Of a DNA stretch of 64,000 nucleotides, positions 49,664 to 59,407 are shown piece after piece. Position numbers and translations under genes: made by a program. The stretch is from Kofleriaceae bacterium (GTDB lineage: Bacteria > Myxococcota_A > Polyangia > Haliangiales > Haliangiaceae), in the NCBI GenBank assembly GCA_965215005.1, contig CBDCCZ010000049.1, positions 160,001 through 224,000 of the forward strand, read 5' to 3'. Under the pieces are notes generated by a model. It was not told the DNA's origin and ran no database searches. It saw only the letters and a list, made by a program, of their open reading frames with translations. Positions within the stretch are counted from its first letter, which is position 1, and every line of letters starts with the position of its first letter.

Positions 49664-52394
49664 GCGCGAGCTCCGCGGTGCCGGCAAGACGCCGCAGCGC
49701 GCTGCTCACCGCTTCCGCGATCAGCCCACTGCGCTCGGGCTCGAGCGCTTCGAGGTCCGCCTGCAGCTCGCGCAGATCGAGCTCGGCAATGTGATGGGCA
49801 GCCAGACTTGGCAACGTCTCACCACCTTCGCGCAACATGGCGCGCAGCTGCCCGGCGTAGGTTTCGCTTGGCGGCGCAAAGAACGGCCGCGACGCCCGTA
49901 TCCGCTCCGCATCCGGCGCCGAGGAAACCAGCGCCAACAGTGGCTCACGCAGCGGCGCTGCCACCAAGTATTCGATGAGCTCCAGGCTCGAGGCCCGCGA
50001 CTTGCTGTCGGCGTGGACGAACAAGCCGACGTGGATCTGGCGGAAATTTTCGCTGGGATGCAGCAGCCCGAGCATGCGGAATACCCGCTCGAGGCAACTC
50101 TGCTCTTGTTCGCGAAGCAGGTTGGCGATCAGCGCCGCGGTGGACGTAGCGCGGGCGCTGGCCGCCGCGAGCTCCACCTCGATCGCGAGGCGCCACGATA
50201 GCAGCCGAATCGCGCGCCGCAGGGTGGCGGCGGCGACCTCGGCGATGAGCGCCCGATCGATGGGAACCTCGGGATTATCGGCCACCATACGGCCGAGACC
50301 GCGGAGGATTTTGTACACGATGCGGCCATCGAGCTCATCGCGCAGACGCGACTGGAGAATGTGAACCGCGCGCGGCTGGAGAAACTTGCTGATGGTTCGC
50401 GGCAAGTGGCGCCTGAGCGGCGCCGGCAGCGTGGGATCGGCCAGCGCGTCTTCGAGAACGTCGAGTGCCGGATAGCCGATCGCGAGGAGCGCGCGACGAG
50501 CATCGTGCCGCGTGTGGCGATGCGCCAGCATCGGCAACAGCCGCGGCACCAGCGTTGGGCTGGGATGGCGCGCGATGGCACGCGCGACCTCGGCTTGCAC
50601 CTCGAGCTCGGGCGCCACCGACAAGCGCCTGAGCGCGGCGACGAAGCGGCCATCCCCGGCGCTGCCGATGGCGCGCGCCAGCGCCAATCGGGTGCGACCG
50701 CAGTCACCTGCCGAGATACGGTCGACGAGCGCGTCGACCTCCGAGGCCGGTGCATACCCCCGTCGCGCCAGCGCCACCAACGCCGTACACCGTACCAGCG
50801 GCTGCGGGTCGTCGAGGGCCGCGCGTAGCAGCGACTCGTCGGGATCGCCCTCGGCGATTGCTTTGAGCGCCGCGGCGCGTATGTCTGGGTCGAGCGAGCC
50901 CAGCAGGGTGTTGGCGATAGGCCAGAAATCCGTCCTTCCAGCGCCGCTGAGGATGTCGAGGGCGCGAACCACCACCGCGCGCGAGGGATGGTAGAGGATC
51001 AGCGCTGGAATGACGGCAACGCGACCAGCGACCTCGAGAAGCTCGAGGGCGTTGCAGACCAAAGCTTCTTCGCTGCTGTTGAGCGCCGCGAGCAGCGCTT
51101 CGAGCGAGCGCAAGTCCAGCGGCGGCATCGCCTGGCGGGTTTCGATGACGCCTTCGCGAAGCTGCGCGCGAAACAGCTCGAGGTAGTGACGCTCTAGCGC
51201 CGCGGCAATCGCCAGCCACACCAGCGCGAGCAGCACCACCGCGATGGCCAAGTGCACCGGCTCGGCGCCCCATGCGCCGGCGGCGAGCACCGCAAGGGCA
51301 GCAAACGCCTGGCCTACGCGAGCCCCGGCGCCGTCGACTAGCGTCTTAGCGGCAACGCGTTGCTCGCTGTGCAACGGCAGATACAAGAGCTCCGAGCTCG
51401 TCCGATGCAGAGAGTGGCGCAAGCCGCCATCGAAGGCCTTCATCGCCAGCACCGGCAGCAGCATTGCCGTGACGGCGAAGGCGCCAGCGCTCATCGCGAG
51501 CAACGCCGGCAAGACGAGCAGCGTGCGACTCACCCCGAGCGAGCGCAACAGTCGCGAGGCCAGTAGCAGCTGCACCAAGAGCGCCGCGCCGTTGGTAAAC
51601 GCGTAAAAGGTGGCGAATAGCTCTCCCAGCTCGGCGGGCGCGACGGTCTCGGCGACGACGGTCTTGAACACCAAGTCGGCAGCGGTGACGGTGACCGCAG
51701 TGATGAGCACCAGCGCGAGCAATCGGCCGATGTACGGATCGCGCAGCACGACGGCAGCGCGCCGGCTCTTCGGTGCGGGGCGGCGGTTGAGAGGCTGCTC
51801 GCTGCCCGCGCTGAGCGCCAACGGTAGCAACGCGACCAACGCCAACAGAATCGCGCCAATGAGCACCAAGGCGGTTGGCGCGACGAGTTGCAGCGCTACG
51901 CCAGCGCCCGCTGCGCCGAGCATGGCACCCGCGACGCCGCCAGCGCCAATGATAGAGAACGCGCGCTTGGCGCGGGCAACGTCGAAGCGCGCGCCAAGGA
52001 GGATCCAGAACTGGCTGACCACGATGGTCGCCACCAGCCCGGTCCACACGTAAAAGACGTAGAGCATCGCGTGGCTGGCTTCGGGCGCCAACGCCGTGAG
52101 GCTGAGCCAAATCGCGGCGGTCACCGCGGCGGCACCGAGCAGGGTGAGGGTCAAGGTTCGCCGCGCCAGCGATCGCGCCAGCGAGGCATCAGCGGCGCGC
52201 ACCACGAGCAGCGTGAGCACCGCGATCGCCAGGTACACCCACGGCAGCTGCGAAGCCGGCAGTCGCGAGAGAAACAACGTGTCGCGCGCGGTCTCGAGCA
52301 TCGAGTGCGCAGCCAACGTACCGGTGAGGGTGGCGACCGCCACCGCCACGTCGCGCCGCTCCCCGCTGGCGATGACCTCACGCGCCCGCGACAT
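49653..52394 (-). CDS. NTT/TLC-like (ATP/ADP carrier family) MFS transporter fused to HEAT repeats
   Basis: ARDTLFL, SQFW, AKRAF, RHSLHRTSSELLYLPL...KTLVD motifs; C-terminal HEAT repeats. Confidence 0.85.
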   Translation of the reverse strand: MSRAREVIASGERRDVAVAVATLTGTLAAHSMLETARDTLFLSRLPASQLPWVYLAIAVLTLLVVRAADASLARSLARRTLTLTLLGAAAVTAAIWLSLTALAPEASHAMLYVFYVWTGLVATIVVSQFWILLGARFDVARAKRAFSIIGAGGVAGAMLGAAGAGVALQLVAPTALVLIGAILLALVALLPLALSAGSEQPLNRRPAPKSRRAAVVLRDPYIGRLLALVLITAVTVTAADLVFKTVVAETVAPAELGELFATFYAFTNGAALLVQLLLASRLLRSLGVSRTLLVLPALLAMSAGAFAVTAMLLPVLAMKAFDGGLRHSLHRTSSELLYLPLHSEQRVAAKTLVDGAGARVGQAFAALAVLAAGAWGAEPVHLAIAVVLLALVWLAIAAALERHYLELFRAQLREGVIETRQAMPPLDLRSLEALLAALNSSEEALVCNALELLEVAGRVAVIPALILYHPSRAVVVRALDILSGAGRTDFWPIANTLLGSLDPDIRAAALKAIAEGDPDESLLRAALDDPQPLVRCTALVALARRGYAPASEVDALVDRISAGDCGRTRLALARAIGSAGDGRFVAALRRLSVAPELEVQAEVARAIARHPSPTLVPRLLPMLAHRHTRHDARRALLAIGYPALDVLEDALADPTLPAPLRRHLPRTISKFLQPRAVHILQSRLRDELDGRIVYKILRGLGRMVADNPEVPIDRALIAEVAAATLRRAIRLLSWRLAIEVELAAASARATSTAALIANLLREQEQSCLERVFRMLGLLHPSENFRQIHVGLFVHADSKSRASSLELIEYLVAAPLREPLLALVSSAPDAERIRASRPFFAPPSETYAGQLRAMLREGGETLPSLAAHHIAELDLRELQADLEALEPERSGLIAEAVSSALRRLAGTAELAHAT

Positions 52395-52487
52395 GCTGCG
52401 ATTTGTAGCACGCGGTGCGCAGCGCAGGACCTAGCCTATGGAGCAGGCGATGGCGGTCGCTGCGCCGCGGTGGCAACGACGAAGCGG

Positions 52488-53315
52488 CTACGGGCCGGCG
52501 TCAGCCATGTCCCCGGCCGGGTCGCAACCGGGCACGGAGCTGTCGAGAGCAGCGGTTTGGGTGCCGAGGCTTTCGCTCGAGTTCCCGCCCGCGACGGTGA
52601 AGAGAACTGTGGACGCGTAGCACGCCAGCCCCTCGGTGAACGCGGTCAAACGCAGCTGGTAAGGACCGGAGGGCACGCCAGTGACGGTGATGGTTTGGGT
52701 GGAATCGATGCAGCGAAAGCGGGTTTGGCAGTCGACGGTATAGGTGTCGGCGCCATCGACGGCGAAGTCAGCGGGCACGCAGTCGTCGTTGGCGTTGCGC
52801 AGCTCGAACAACACCTCGTCTACGCCCGCGCCACCGGCATCGGCCGCCGCGCAGGTGGGCCTCTCGTCGCTCACGTCAAACGAGAACTCGAAGCTGCCGC
52901 GCGCCGCGACCTCGAACATCACTTGGCCGAGCGACTTGCTGGTGCCGCGCACAATCTCGACCTGCCGCTGCACCACCGGGGCGCCGAGGGTGCGATTGCC
53001 GGAGGCGCGCAGCTCGAGTGTCACGTCGTAGAGGCCCGCAGCGAAACCACGCGTGGTTGCGCCGGCGCTCGTGCACGGCAGCGAGTCGATGGTTGCAAAG
53101 CCGCCCACCACGGGCAACGCGCTCACGCGCACCACCGTGGCACCAACCTCGGCGCATGACACGACGCGGTCGCCGTCGCGAATCTCCCACGACAGCTCGA
53201 GCGTTCCTTCGGCAGTCGGCGCATCGACGCCGGCGTCGCCACCACCGCCGCCGTCTCCGCACGAAAGCAGTGTAGCGAACGCAATGACTACGACGGATGG
53301 AAAGACTCGACTCAT
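52488..53315 (-). CDS. Lipoprotein with two Cys-containing beta-sandwich-like repeats
   Basis: LLSC lipobox; similar style to the 17224 product. Confidence 0.75.
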   Translation of the reverse strand: MSRVFPSVVVIAFATLLSCGDGGGGGDAGVDAPTAEGTLELSWEIRDGDRVVSCAEVGATVVRVSALPVVGGFATIDSLPCTSAGATTRGFAAGLYDVTLELRASGNRTLGAPVVQRQVEIVRGTSKSLGQVMFEVAARGSFEFSFDVSDERPTCAAADAGGAGVDEVLFELRNANDDCVPADFAVDGADTYTVDCQTRFRCIDSTQTITVTGVPSGPYQLRLTAFTEGLACYASTVLFTVAGGNSSESLGTQTAALDSSVPGCDPAGDMADAGP

Positions 53316-53452
53316 GATCGCCTCGGGCATAGTGACCTGCCCATGGTAACGCATCGGCCAAGCAGCGCGCGTAGCGATCGATCGCGACGCGATGGTAGGC
53401 TTGGCAAGAGACGCGCGCGCCATCGCGTGCTGCGCTCAAGCTTGGGGGTTGA

Positions 53453-53962
53453 ATGTCCGACGCTGCGCTCACCCAAACTCCGCGCCTCAGCACCACGGTG
53501 CGCCTCGCCGTGGCCGCTGATTGCGCCGCCATCGCGACGCTGATCAATCGCGCTTACGAGGTCGAGAAGTTCTTCGCGCCGGGGCTGCGCACCAACATAG
53601 CGGAGGTAACCGAGCTCCTCGAGCGCGGCGCGTTCCTCGTGCTCGACCGCCTCGACCGCTCCCTCGCCGCGGTGATTTACGTAGAACCGCACGCGCCGCT
53701 CGGCTACTTCGGCATGCTCTCGGTATCGCCCGAGCATCAGGGCGCAGGCCTCGGCCGCCGGCTCGTCGCCGTGGCCGAAGCGCTGTGCATGGCGCGCGGA
53801 TGTCGCGACATGGAGCTTCTGGTCGTGAACCTGCGCACCGAGCTGCCGCCTTGGTATCGCAGCTTGGGCTATACCGAGACCGGCACCAAGCCGTGGTCCA
53901 AGGATGAGCTCAGCAGCCAGCCTTGCCATTTCATCCGCATGAGCAAGAGCCTGGCTGCGTAG
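53453..53962 (+). CDS. GNAT family N-acetyltransferase
   Basis: MLSVSPEHQGAGLGRRL motif A; WYRSLGY. Confidence 0.93.
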   Translation: MSDAALTQTPRLSTTVRLAVAADCAAIATLINRAYEVEKFFAPGLRTNIAEVTELLERGAFLVLDRLDRSLAAVIYVEPHAPLGYFGMLSVSPEHQGAGLGRRLVAVAEALCMARGCRDMELLVVNLRTELPPWYRSLGYTETGTKPWSKDELSSQPCHFIRMSKSLAA

Positions 53963-53967
53963 CGCGG

Positions 53968-55071
53968 TTACGGGCAGCCGGCCGTCGAGCGCGCGCGCAC
54001 CGTCGCGCCGTCGCCAACGTCGGCGCCGAAGAAGCGCTGCATCGCGGTATTGCCGCGCAGGTGCGTCTCGAGGAACGCCACGGTCACGCGCCTGGTGATG
54101 CGCCGCGTTGCTGCGTCGTCGACGGTGCCCATTGAACAGAGCCCACACGCGTCGCACGTTGCACGATCATCGACCCAATCCATGTGGTCGGCATCGGCGA
54201 TGGTGACCTCCACAGCCGAAGGCGCCGCGCACGCGGTCTGGAAGTACTGCTGGTAGTTCTCGGCGAGCGGCGCGCATGGCATGAATCCGCCGCGGCCGTC
54301 CAAGGTCTCGCCGAGCACCGCGAGCGGCACCGTGAGCCCCTCCATGAGCTCCGGCGACACCGATGGTGAGCCATTGTTTAGTGGAGGCTTGGCGTCCACG
54401 GGATCCCAGCCGACCACGGCGCCGATTCGCGAGTCGAGAATCGCAGCCAAAATACTGACCTTGCCACCCAAAGAATGGCCCGCCGTGGCGATCGCTGCAG
54501 CATCGATGCGCGCCGCCAAACCACTGTCACTGCCGAGCGCCCAATCGATGAGCGCCAACGTGCGTTCGGCGAGCACGCGGTGGTTCACGGGACTGAAGAT
54601 GTTGCCGGGCAAGGTTTGGACGATCGCCACGTAGCCCCAGCTCGCGAGATGCTCGCACATGCTGCGGTACTGGCTGCGCTCGATCATGAAGCCGGGCGAT
54701 GCCACCACCATGGGCCATGGACCGGGGGCCGCGGTGGCGCCCCCGTCTGACGAGGGCGAGCACACCGTCACCGTCGCCTGATCAGTGCCGAGGGCAACGG
54801 TGCGGTCTTCGGTTTGCGACGCATAGCGGCCGGGTTCCGCCGGATCGATGGCCTCCCCCGGATTTGGCGGCTGCTGCCCGGCGTCGCCCGACCCGGTGCC
54901 GCCGTCGACGGTGGCCGCGCCACCGTCCGCCAACGCCCCGCCGTCAGCCGTAACGTCACCGCTATCGGTGCTCGCTCCACTGTCAGCCTCAGTCCCTCCG
55001 GAGTCGCTAGTGCACCCCGCCAAGGTCAATGCGCCAAACATGGCCGCCAATACGAAGGTGTTCTTGTTCAT
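53968..55071 (-). CDS. Alpha/beta hydrolase lipoprotein (chlorophyllase/cutinase-like)
   Basis: LAGC lipobox; HLASWGY, GHSLGG, WDPVD, ADHMDW. Confidence 0.87.
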   Translation of the reverse strand: MNKNTFVLAAMFGALTLAGCTSDSGGTEADSGASTDSGDVTADGGALADGGAATVDGGTGSGDAGQQPPNPGEAIDPAEPGRYASQTEDRTVALGTDQATVTVCSPSSDGGATAAPGPWPMVVASPGFMIERSQYRSMCEHLASWGYVAIVQTLPGNIFSPVNHRVLAERTLALIDWALGSDSGLAARIDAAAIATAGHSLGGKVSILAAILDSRIGAVVGWDPVDAKPPLNNGSPSVSPELMEGLTVPLAVLGETLDGRGGFMPCAPLAENYQQYFQTACAAPSAVEVTIADADHMDWVDDRATCDACGLCSMGTVDDAATRRITRRVTVAFLETHLRGNTAMQRFFGADVGDGATVRARSTAGCP

Positions 55072-55094
55072 TATCTCTCCCGATCGCAGCCGAG

Positions 55095-55118
55095 CGCTTG
55101 CAACCGAGGTTGCGAGCG
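55095..55118. terminator. Stem-loop upstream of the hydrolase gene
   Basis: CGCTTGCAAC...GTTGCGAGCG inverted repeat; no U-tract. Confidence 0.35.
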
Positions 55119-55119
55119 A

Positions 55120-55398
55120 GGGCATGGCTGAGCCGCTTTGGCTCGCTGGTTAGCTGGAGATGTCGCCGCTCGCCAAGCGAGGTGGCCTGGCGGGCGATGT
55201 CTTCGAGGCTCATGGGCGGCAGACTGGCCCCCTCGAGCACGCGACGACGAAACAGCTCGATCTCCACACGGACCAGAGTGCGTACAGCAGCCACATACGG
55301 CTCAAGGATCGGCATCGGAAATAGCTCGCCCATGCCGTTGCTCAAACTTGCGAGATGACCTCGAGCACCTCGAGCTCGGCGCCGCGATAGACATGTTC
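55120..55398 (-). pseudogene. Degenerate duplicate of the merR 3' end plus 30 bp downstream (direct repeat of 58529-58900)
   Basis: Near-identical to 58529-58900 except a 92-bp deletion at a GCC microhomology, a 1-bp deletion and substitutions. Confidence 0.92.
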
Positions 55399-55543
55399 CT
55401 CTATCTAAGCGTCCCGTTTGCAGCGGCGGGGCGGCAGCGAGAAGTAGCCTCCCGCCGGAGCAGCCAGCCGGTAGAGCAGCGAGTACACACGCTCGCGCCA
55501 GACCATCATGCTCGTATCGCTGGATAGGCGGAGGGTCTCGTGA

Positions 55544-55759
55544 GCCGATGACGAACGTCGCCTCGTCCACCCTCTCGGCAAACTCCTCGTGGTTGCGCAG
55601 CGCCCCACCACGTCGAAGCGCCCGATCATCGTCCGCGTCGACGAGGAGGCGGGCCACGGTGTCGGCTCCACGCGCGACCAGCGCGCGAACCTGTACGCCG
55701 ATAGCTGGGCGTTCTTGCCGTCGCAGATTGGGTCCCCGAGCATCGATTCACAGCAGTAG
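55544..55759 (+). pseudogene. Prolyl oligopeptidase (S9) C-terminal fragment
   Basis: Start-less frame reads KRPIIVRVDEEAGHGVGSTRDQRANLYADSWAFL, like the S9A catalytic-His region. Confidence 0.7.
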
Positions 55760-56169
55760 CGTCCACGGGGAACGGCGCCTTACGGGACTCTGGGACAGAT
55801 GGCGTCTCTGTGGCGATGCTCCGCTGCCGCCAGGACTGTCGATTGCCCCGTGGGAGTTGGTCCTATAAACCGGCCGTATACAGCGCTCGTACGGCCTCAT
55901 TGGCGGCAGCGGCTTGGCGAGGCTGTCGCCGTTTCGGGGACGCATCGCGCTGGCAGCGCTGGCCGTGCTGGCGACGTGGGAAGTCGCCATGCTGGCTCAT
56001 GCGAAGTTCTCGGCACCTGGCAATGACGACTGGCGTAGCGCCGCGGCGCGAACGTGACGAGCTCGCGCCCGGCGACCTCGTCACGTTCGCCCGCGCGGGG
56101 TCCGCCCTAAGGACCGCATGTGGTTCGGCGACATGCTGTTCATCTCGGAGGAAACCAATCCGAAACCGA

Positions 56170-56425
56170 CCGAGGTGCAGCTCGAGCACCCACGCTTGCC
56201 GCATGCTAGGACGCCGCAACGCTTGGGGTGGGCGTCAGCGGTGACAAGGCAGGGAAGCCGCAGCTCAGGTTGATGCTCACGGAAGTCGAGGAGAAGCCGC
56301 GGCTCGAAGCGCTTCCCGACGAGCCTGTCGCGGAGGTTCGAGAGGTCAACTTGTGCGGGAAACAGTGCGTTGACGGCCGCGACAGGAAGCAAGTTGAGCG
56401 CCTGGCCCGCTACATCCCGTATGCA
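56170..56425 (+). mobile_element. IS91-family transposase remnant
   Basis: EHPTLAAC*DAATLGVGVSGDKAGKPQLRL...DGRDRKQVERLARYI with internal stop; resembles the IS91 DR..LERL.RY motif. Confidence 0.6.
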
Positions 56426-56448
56426 TCGACACAGCGACGGCGGAGCGT

Positions 56449-58020
56449 TCAAGGCCCGGTGGCGCACGAGAACGTCAGCCAACGATCCACGCCGATCGCG
56501 CTGGCGTCGTCGCCGCAGCCGTTGGTGACGACGAGGTCGAGTCGGCCGTCGCCGTCGAGATCCACCGTCGTCCACTCGTAGTCCGCGGTCGTCGAGCCGC
56601 CTCCGCAGAAGTCGCGGCCTCCGATCCTTTCGAAGCGCGGGAAGCCGGTGGACGGAAGCGCCCACATCGTCGGGCCCGGCGCGAAGCCTCCGGTGGTGCC
56701 CGCGTACACCAGCCAGTGGTCCCTGCCCGCCGGGTCGTCGTCGCCGCAGCCGTTGGTGACGACGAGGTCGAGTCGGCCGTCGCCGTCGAGATCCACCGTC
56801 GTCCACTCGTAGTCCGCGGTCGTCGAGCCGCCTCCGCAGAAGTCGCGGCCTCCGATCCTTTCGAAGCGCGGGAAGCCGGTGGACGGAAGCGCCCACCTCG
56901 TCGGGATCGGCGCGAAGCCTCCGGTGGTGCCCGCGTACACCAGCCAGTGGTCCCTGCCCTCCGGGTCGTCGTCGCCGCAGCCGTTGGTGACGACGAGGTC
57001 GAGTCGACCGTCGCCGTCGAGATCCACCGTCGTCCACTCGTAGTCCGCGGTCGTCGAGCCGCCTCCGCAGAAGTCGCGACCCCCAATCGTGTCGAAGCGC
57101 GGGAAGCCAGTGGACGGAAGCGCCCACATCGTCGGCCTCGACGCGAAGCCTCCGGTGGTGCCCGCGTATACCAGCCAGTGGTCCCTGCCCGCCGGGGCGT
57201 CGTTGCCGCAGCCGTTGGTGACGACGAGGTCGAGTCGACCGTCGCCGTCGAGATCCACCGTCGTCCACTCGTAGTCCGCGGTCGTCGAGCCGCCCCCGCA
57301 GAAGTCGCGGCCCCCAATCGTGTCGAAGCGCGGGAAGCCGGTGGACGGAAGCGCCCACATCGTCGGCCTCGACGCGAAGCCTCCGGTGGTGCCCGCGTAC
57401 ACCAGCCAGTGGTCCCTGCCCGCCGGGTCGTCGTCGCAGCAGCCGTTGGTGACGACGAGGTCGAGTTGACCGTCGCCGTCGAGATCCACCGTCGTCCACT
57501 CGTAGTCCGCGGTCGTCGAGCCGCCCCCGCAGAAGTCGCGGCCCCCAATCGTGTCGAAGCGCGGGAAGCCGGTGGACGGAAGCGCCCACATCATCGGGCG
57601 CGGCGCGAAGCCTCCGGTGGTGCCCGCGTACCGCAGCCAGTGGTCCCTGCCCGCCGGGTCGTCGTCGCCGCAGCCGTTGGTGACGACGAGGTCGAGTTGA
57701 CCGTCGCCGTCGAGATCCACCGTCGTCCACTCGTAGTCCGCGGTCGTCGAGCCGCCTCCGCAGAAGTCGCGGCCTCCGATCCTTTCGAAGCGAGGGAAGC
57801 CGGACGGAAGCGCCCAGGGCCGCTGCGCTCCGTCAAAGCGGTCGCAGCGGGACACAGGCACGCCGCCGTCACGTGCGTCATCGCGCCCACCGTCGCTGGA
57901 CGGGACGGTCGGGTCGGGGTCCCCGAGACGCTCCTCCACATCACATCCGGCCGCGCTCGCAGCCACGAAAACCGCGGTCGCGTATATCGTTTTGGACCGT
58001 CTCGACGAATGAACCGACAT
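56449..58020 (-). CDS. Lipoprotein with six 77-aa FG-GAP/VCBS-like repeats (probable beta-propeller)
   Basis: AGGAGGAG RBS before ATG 58020; AAGC lipobox; six DLDGDG(Q/R)LDLVV motifs. Confidence 0.88.
   Translation of the reverse strand: MSVHSSRRSKTIYATAVFVAASAAGCDVEERLGDPDPTVPSSDGGRDDARDGGVPVSRCDRFDGAQRPWALPSGFPRFERIGGRDFCGGGSTTADYEWTTVDLDGDGQLDLVVTNGCGDDDPAGRDHWLRYAGTTGGFAPRPMMWALPSTGFPRFDTIGGRDFCGGGSTTADYEWTTVDLDGDGQLDLVVTNGCCDDDPAGRDHWLVYAGTTGGFASRPTMWALPSTGFPRFDTIGGRDFCGGGSTTADYEWTTVDLDGDGRLDLVVTNGCGNDAPAGRDHWLVYAGTTGGFASRPTMWALPSTGFPRFDTIGGRDFCGGGSTTADYEWTTVDLDGDGRLDLVVTNGCGDDDPEGRDHWLVYAGTTGGFAPIPTRWALPSTGFPRFERIGGRDFCGGGSTTADYEWTTVDLDGDGRLDLVVTNGCGDDDPAGRDHWLVYAGTTGGFAPGPTMWALPSTGFPRFERIGGRDFCGGGSTTADYEWTTVDLDGDGRLDLVVTNGCGDDASAIGVDRWLTFSCATGP
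56475..57817 (-). repeat. 231-bp tandem repeat, about 6 copies, very high nucleotide identity
   Basis: GTCCGCGGTCGTCGAGCCGCC recurs at 56581, 56812 and onward with a 231-bp period. Confidence 0.97.
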
Positions 58021-58136
58021 TACTCCTCCTGACATGTAGGACACGCCGAGGCTACGCCGAAGTATCCGTTCACGTCCCTACTTTTTCCGTCGCGAAAGGG
58101 ATCGACGGGCGGATCCGATAATCATCTAACGTCGAG

Positions 58137-58527
58137 GTGACGGTTGGCGACGAGCTTGATCATCAGCGGGATCGCGAAGCGCTGATATCATCGCTCGAGA
58201 CGGCGCTGGCTGAGCGCGATACTCACCTGGCTGAGCGCGAGGCCCAGATCGCGGCGCTGGCCGAGCAGGTCGCGAAGCTCACCAAGCTTGTCCACAACTC
58301 GAAGAACTCATCCCTGCCGTCGAGCGACGAGCCGGGCGCGGGCGGCGCGGCGAGCGGCCGGCGGTCGAAGCCGGGGCGCAAGCGCGGCGGTCAGAATGGG
58401 TATCGCGGCAAGGCATCGCGAGATACTGCCGCCCGAGCGAGTCGACACGTTCGCCGACCTGTTCCCTCGGGTGTGCCTAGGTTGCTCGTCCAAGCTCACG
58501 CAGTGCCGGGTAGACGAGTTCAATTGA
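58137..58527 (+). mobile_element. IS66-family transposase N-terminal remnant (frameshifted, truncated)
   Basis: Coiled coil then NSKNSSLPSSD...RKRGGQNGYRG; continues in another frame as HREILPPERVD...CLGC. Confidence 0.8.
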
Positions 58528-58558
58528 TGGGCATAGCTGAGCCGCTTTGGCTCGCTGG

Positions 58559-59407
58559 TTAGCTGGAGGTGTCGCCAGCGTCTTCGGGGAGATCGCGCTC
58601 GTCGCGGGGCGCTGCGGCCGCGTGCAGCTCGGGAATCAATAGTTTCTCGCGCATCGCGACCACGAGCCGCTCGCCAAGCGAGGTGGCCTGGCGGGCGATG
58701 TCTTCGAGGCTCATGGGCGGCAAGCTAGCCCCCTCGAGCACGCGACGACGAAACAGCTCGATCTCCACACGGACCAGCGTGCGTACAGCAGCCACATACG
58801 GCTCAAGGATCGGCATCGGAAACAGCTCGCCCATGCCGTTTTCTCGAACTTGCGAGATGACCTCGAGCACCTCGAGCTCGGCGCCGCGATAGACGTGCTC
58901 GTCGGTGGCGGCAACCTCGATGAGCCCGAGAGCCTCGAGCGCCGCGACGTCATCCGCTGACACGGCGAGCTTGGCGAGCACCTCGCCGCGGGTGCGGCTG
59001 GGCTCGGCGCTGTCGTCGCCGCGGCGGCGGCGGGCTTCGTTGCTACCGGCGCGAATGGCCGGCTCGAGCGAGCCGAGCTGCGCGCGCTCGATGGCATCGA
59101 GGTCGCCGCGAATCTCCGAGCTGGGCGGCGGCTCGAGGAGGTCGCTGATGATCTTGAGCGGCAAGAATCGCGTCTGCTGCAGCTCTTTGATGACCTTCAC
59201 GCGCTCGGCGAGCCGGGCGTCGTAGTAGGCCATGTTGCGACTGGTGCGTCGCTCGGGCCCGGGCAGCAGCCCCTCGCGCATGTAGTGCTTGATGGTGGGT
59301 GTGGGCACCCCCGACAGCCGCGCAAGGTCCGATATCTTTACCAGCTCGGACGAGGTGTCGCGGCGAGAGCGCCGGCCGTTTCCAGGAGCAGTTCGCGAGG
59401 GGGGCAC
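58559..59407 (-). CDS. MerR family transcriptional regulator
   Basis: KISDLARLSGVPTPTIKHYMREGLL HTH; start uncertain. Confidence 0.92.
   Translation of the reverse strand: MPPSRTAPGNGRRSRRDTSSELVKISDLARLSGVPTPTIKHYMREGLLPGPERRTSRNMAYYDARLAERVKVIKELQQTRFLPLKIISDLLEPPPSSEIRGDLDAIERAQLGSLEPAIRAGSNEARRRRGDDSAEPSRTRGEVLAKLAVSADDVAALEALGLIEVAATDEHVYRGAELEVLEVISQVRENGMGELFPMPILEPYVAAVRTLVRVEIELFRRRVLEGASLPPMSLEDIARQATSLGERLVVAMREKLLIPELHAAAAPRDERDLPEDAGDTSS

Noticed and set aside
55007..55657. 216-aa ORF as a real MerR paralog
   Set aside because: It is a chimera of unrelated sequence and the frameshifted merR 3' duplicate, with no HTH.
56475..57817. Regular repeats as a possible CRISPR array
   Set aside because: The units are 231-bp in-frame coding repeats with no unique spacers, and there are no cas genes.
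56081..58032. Long alternative-frame ORFs (549, 357 and 438 aa) over the repeat gene
   Set aside because: These are stop-free shadows caused by tandem repetition of a high-GC unit.
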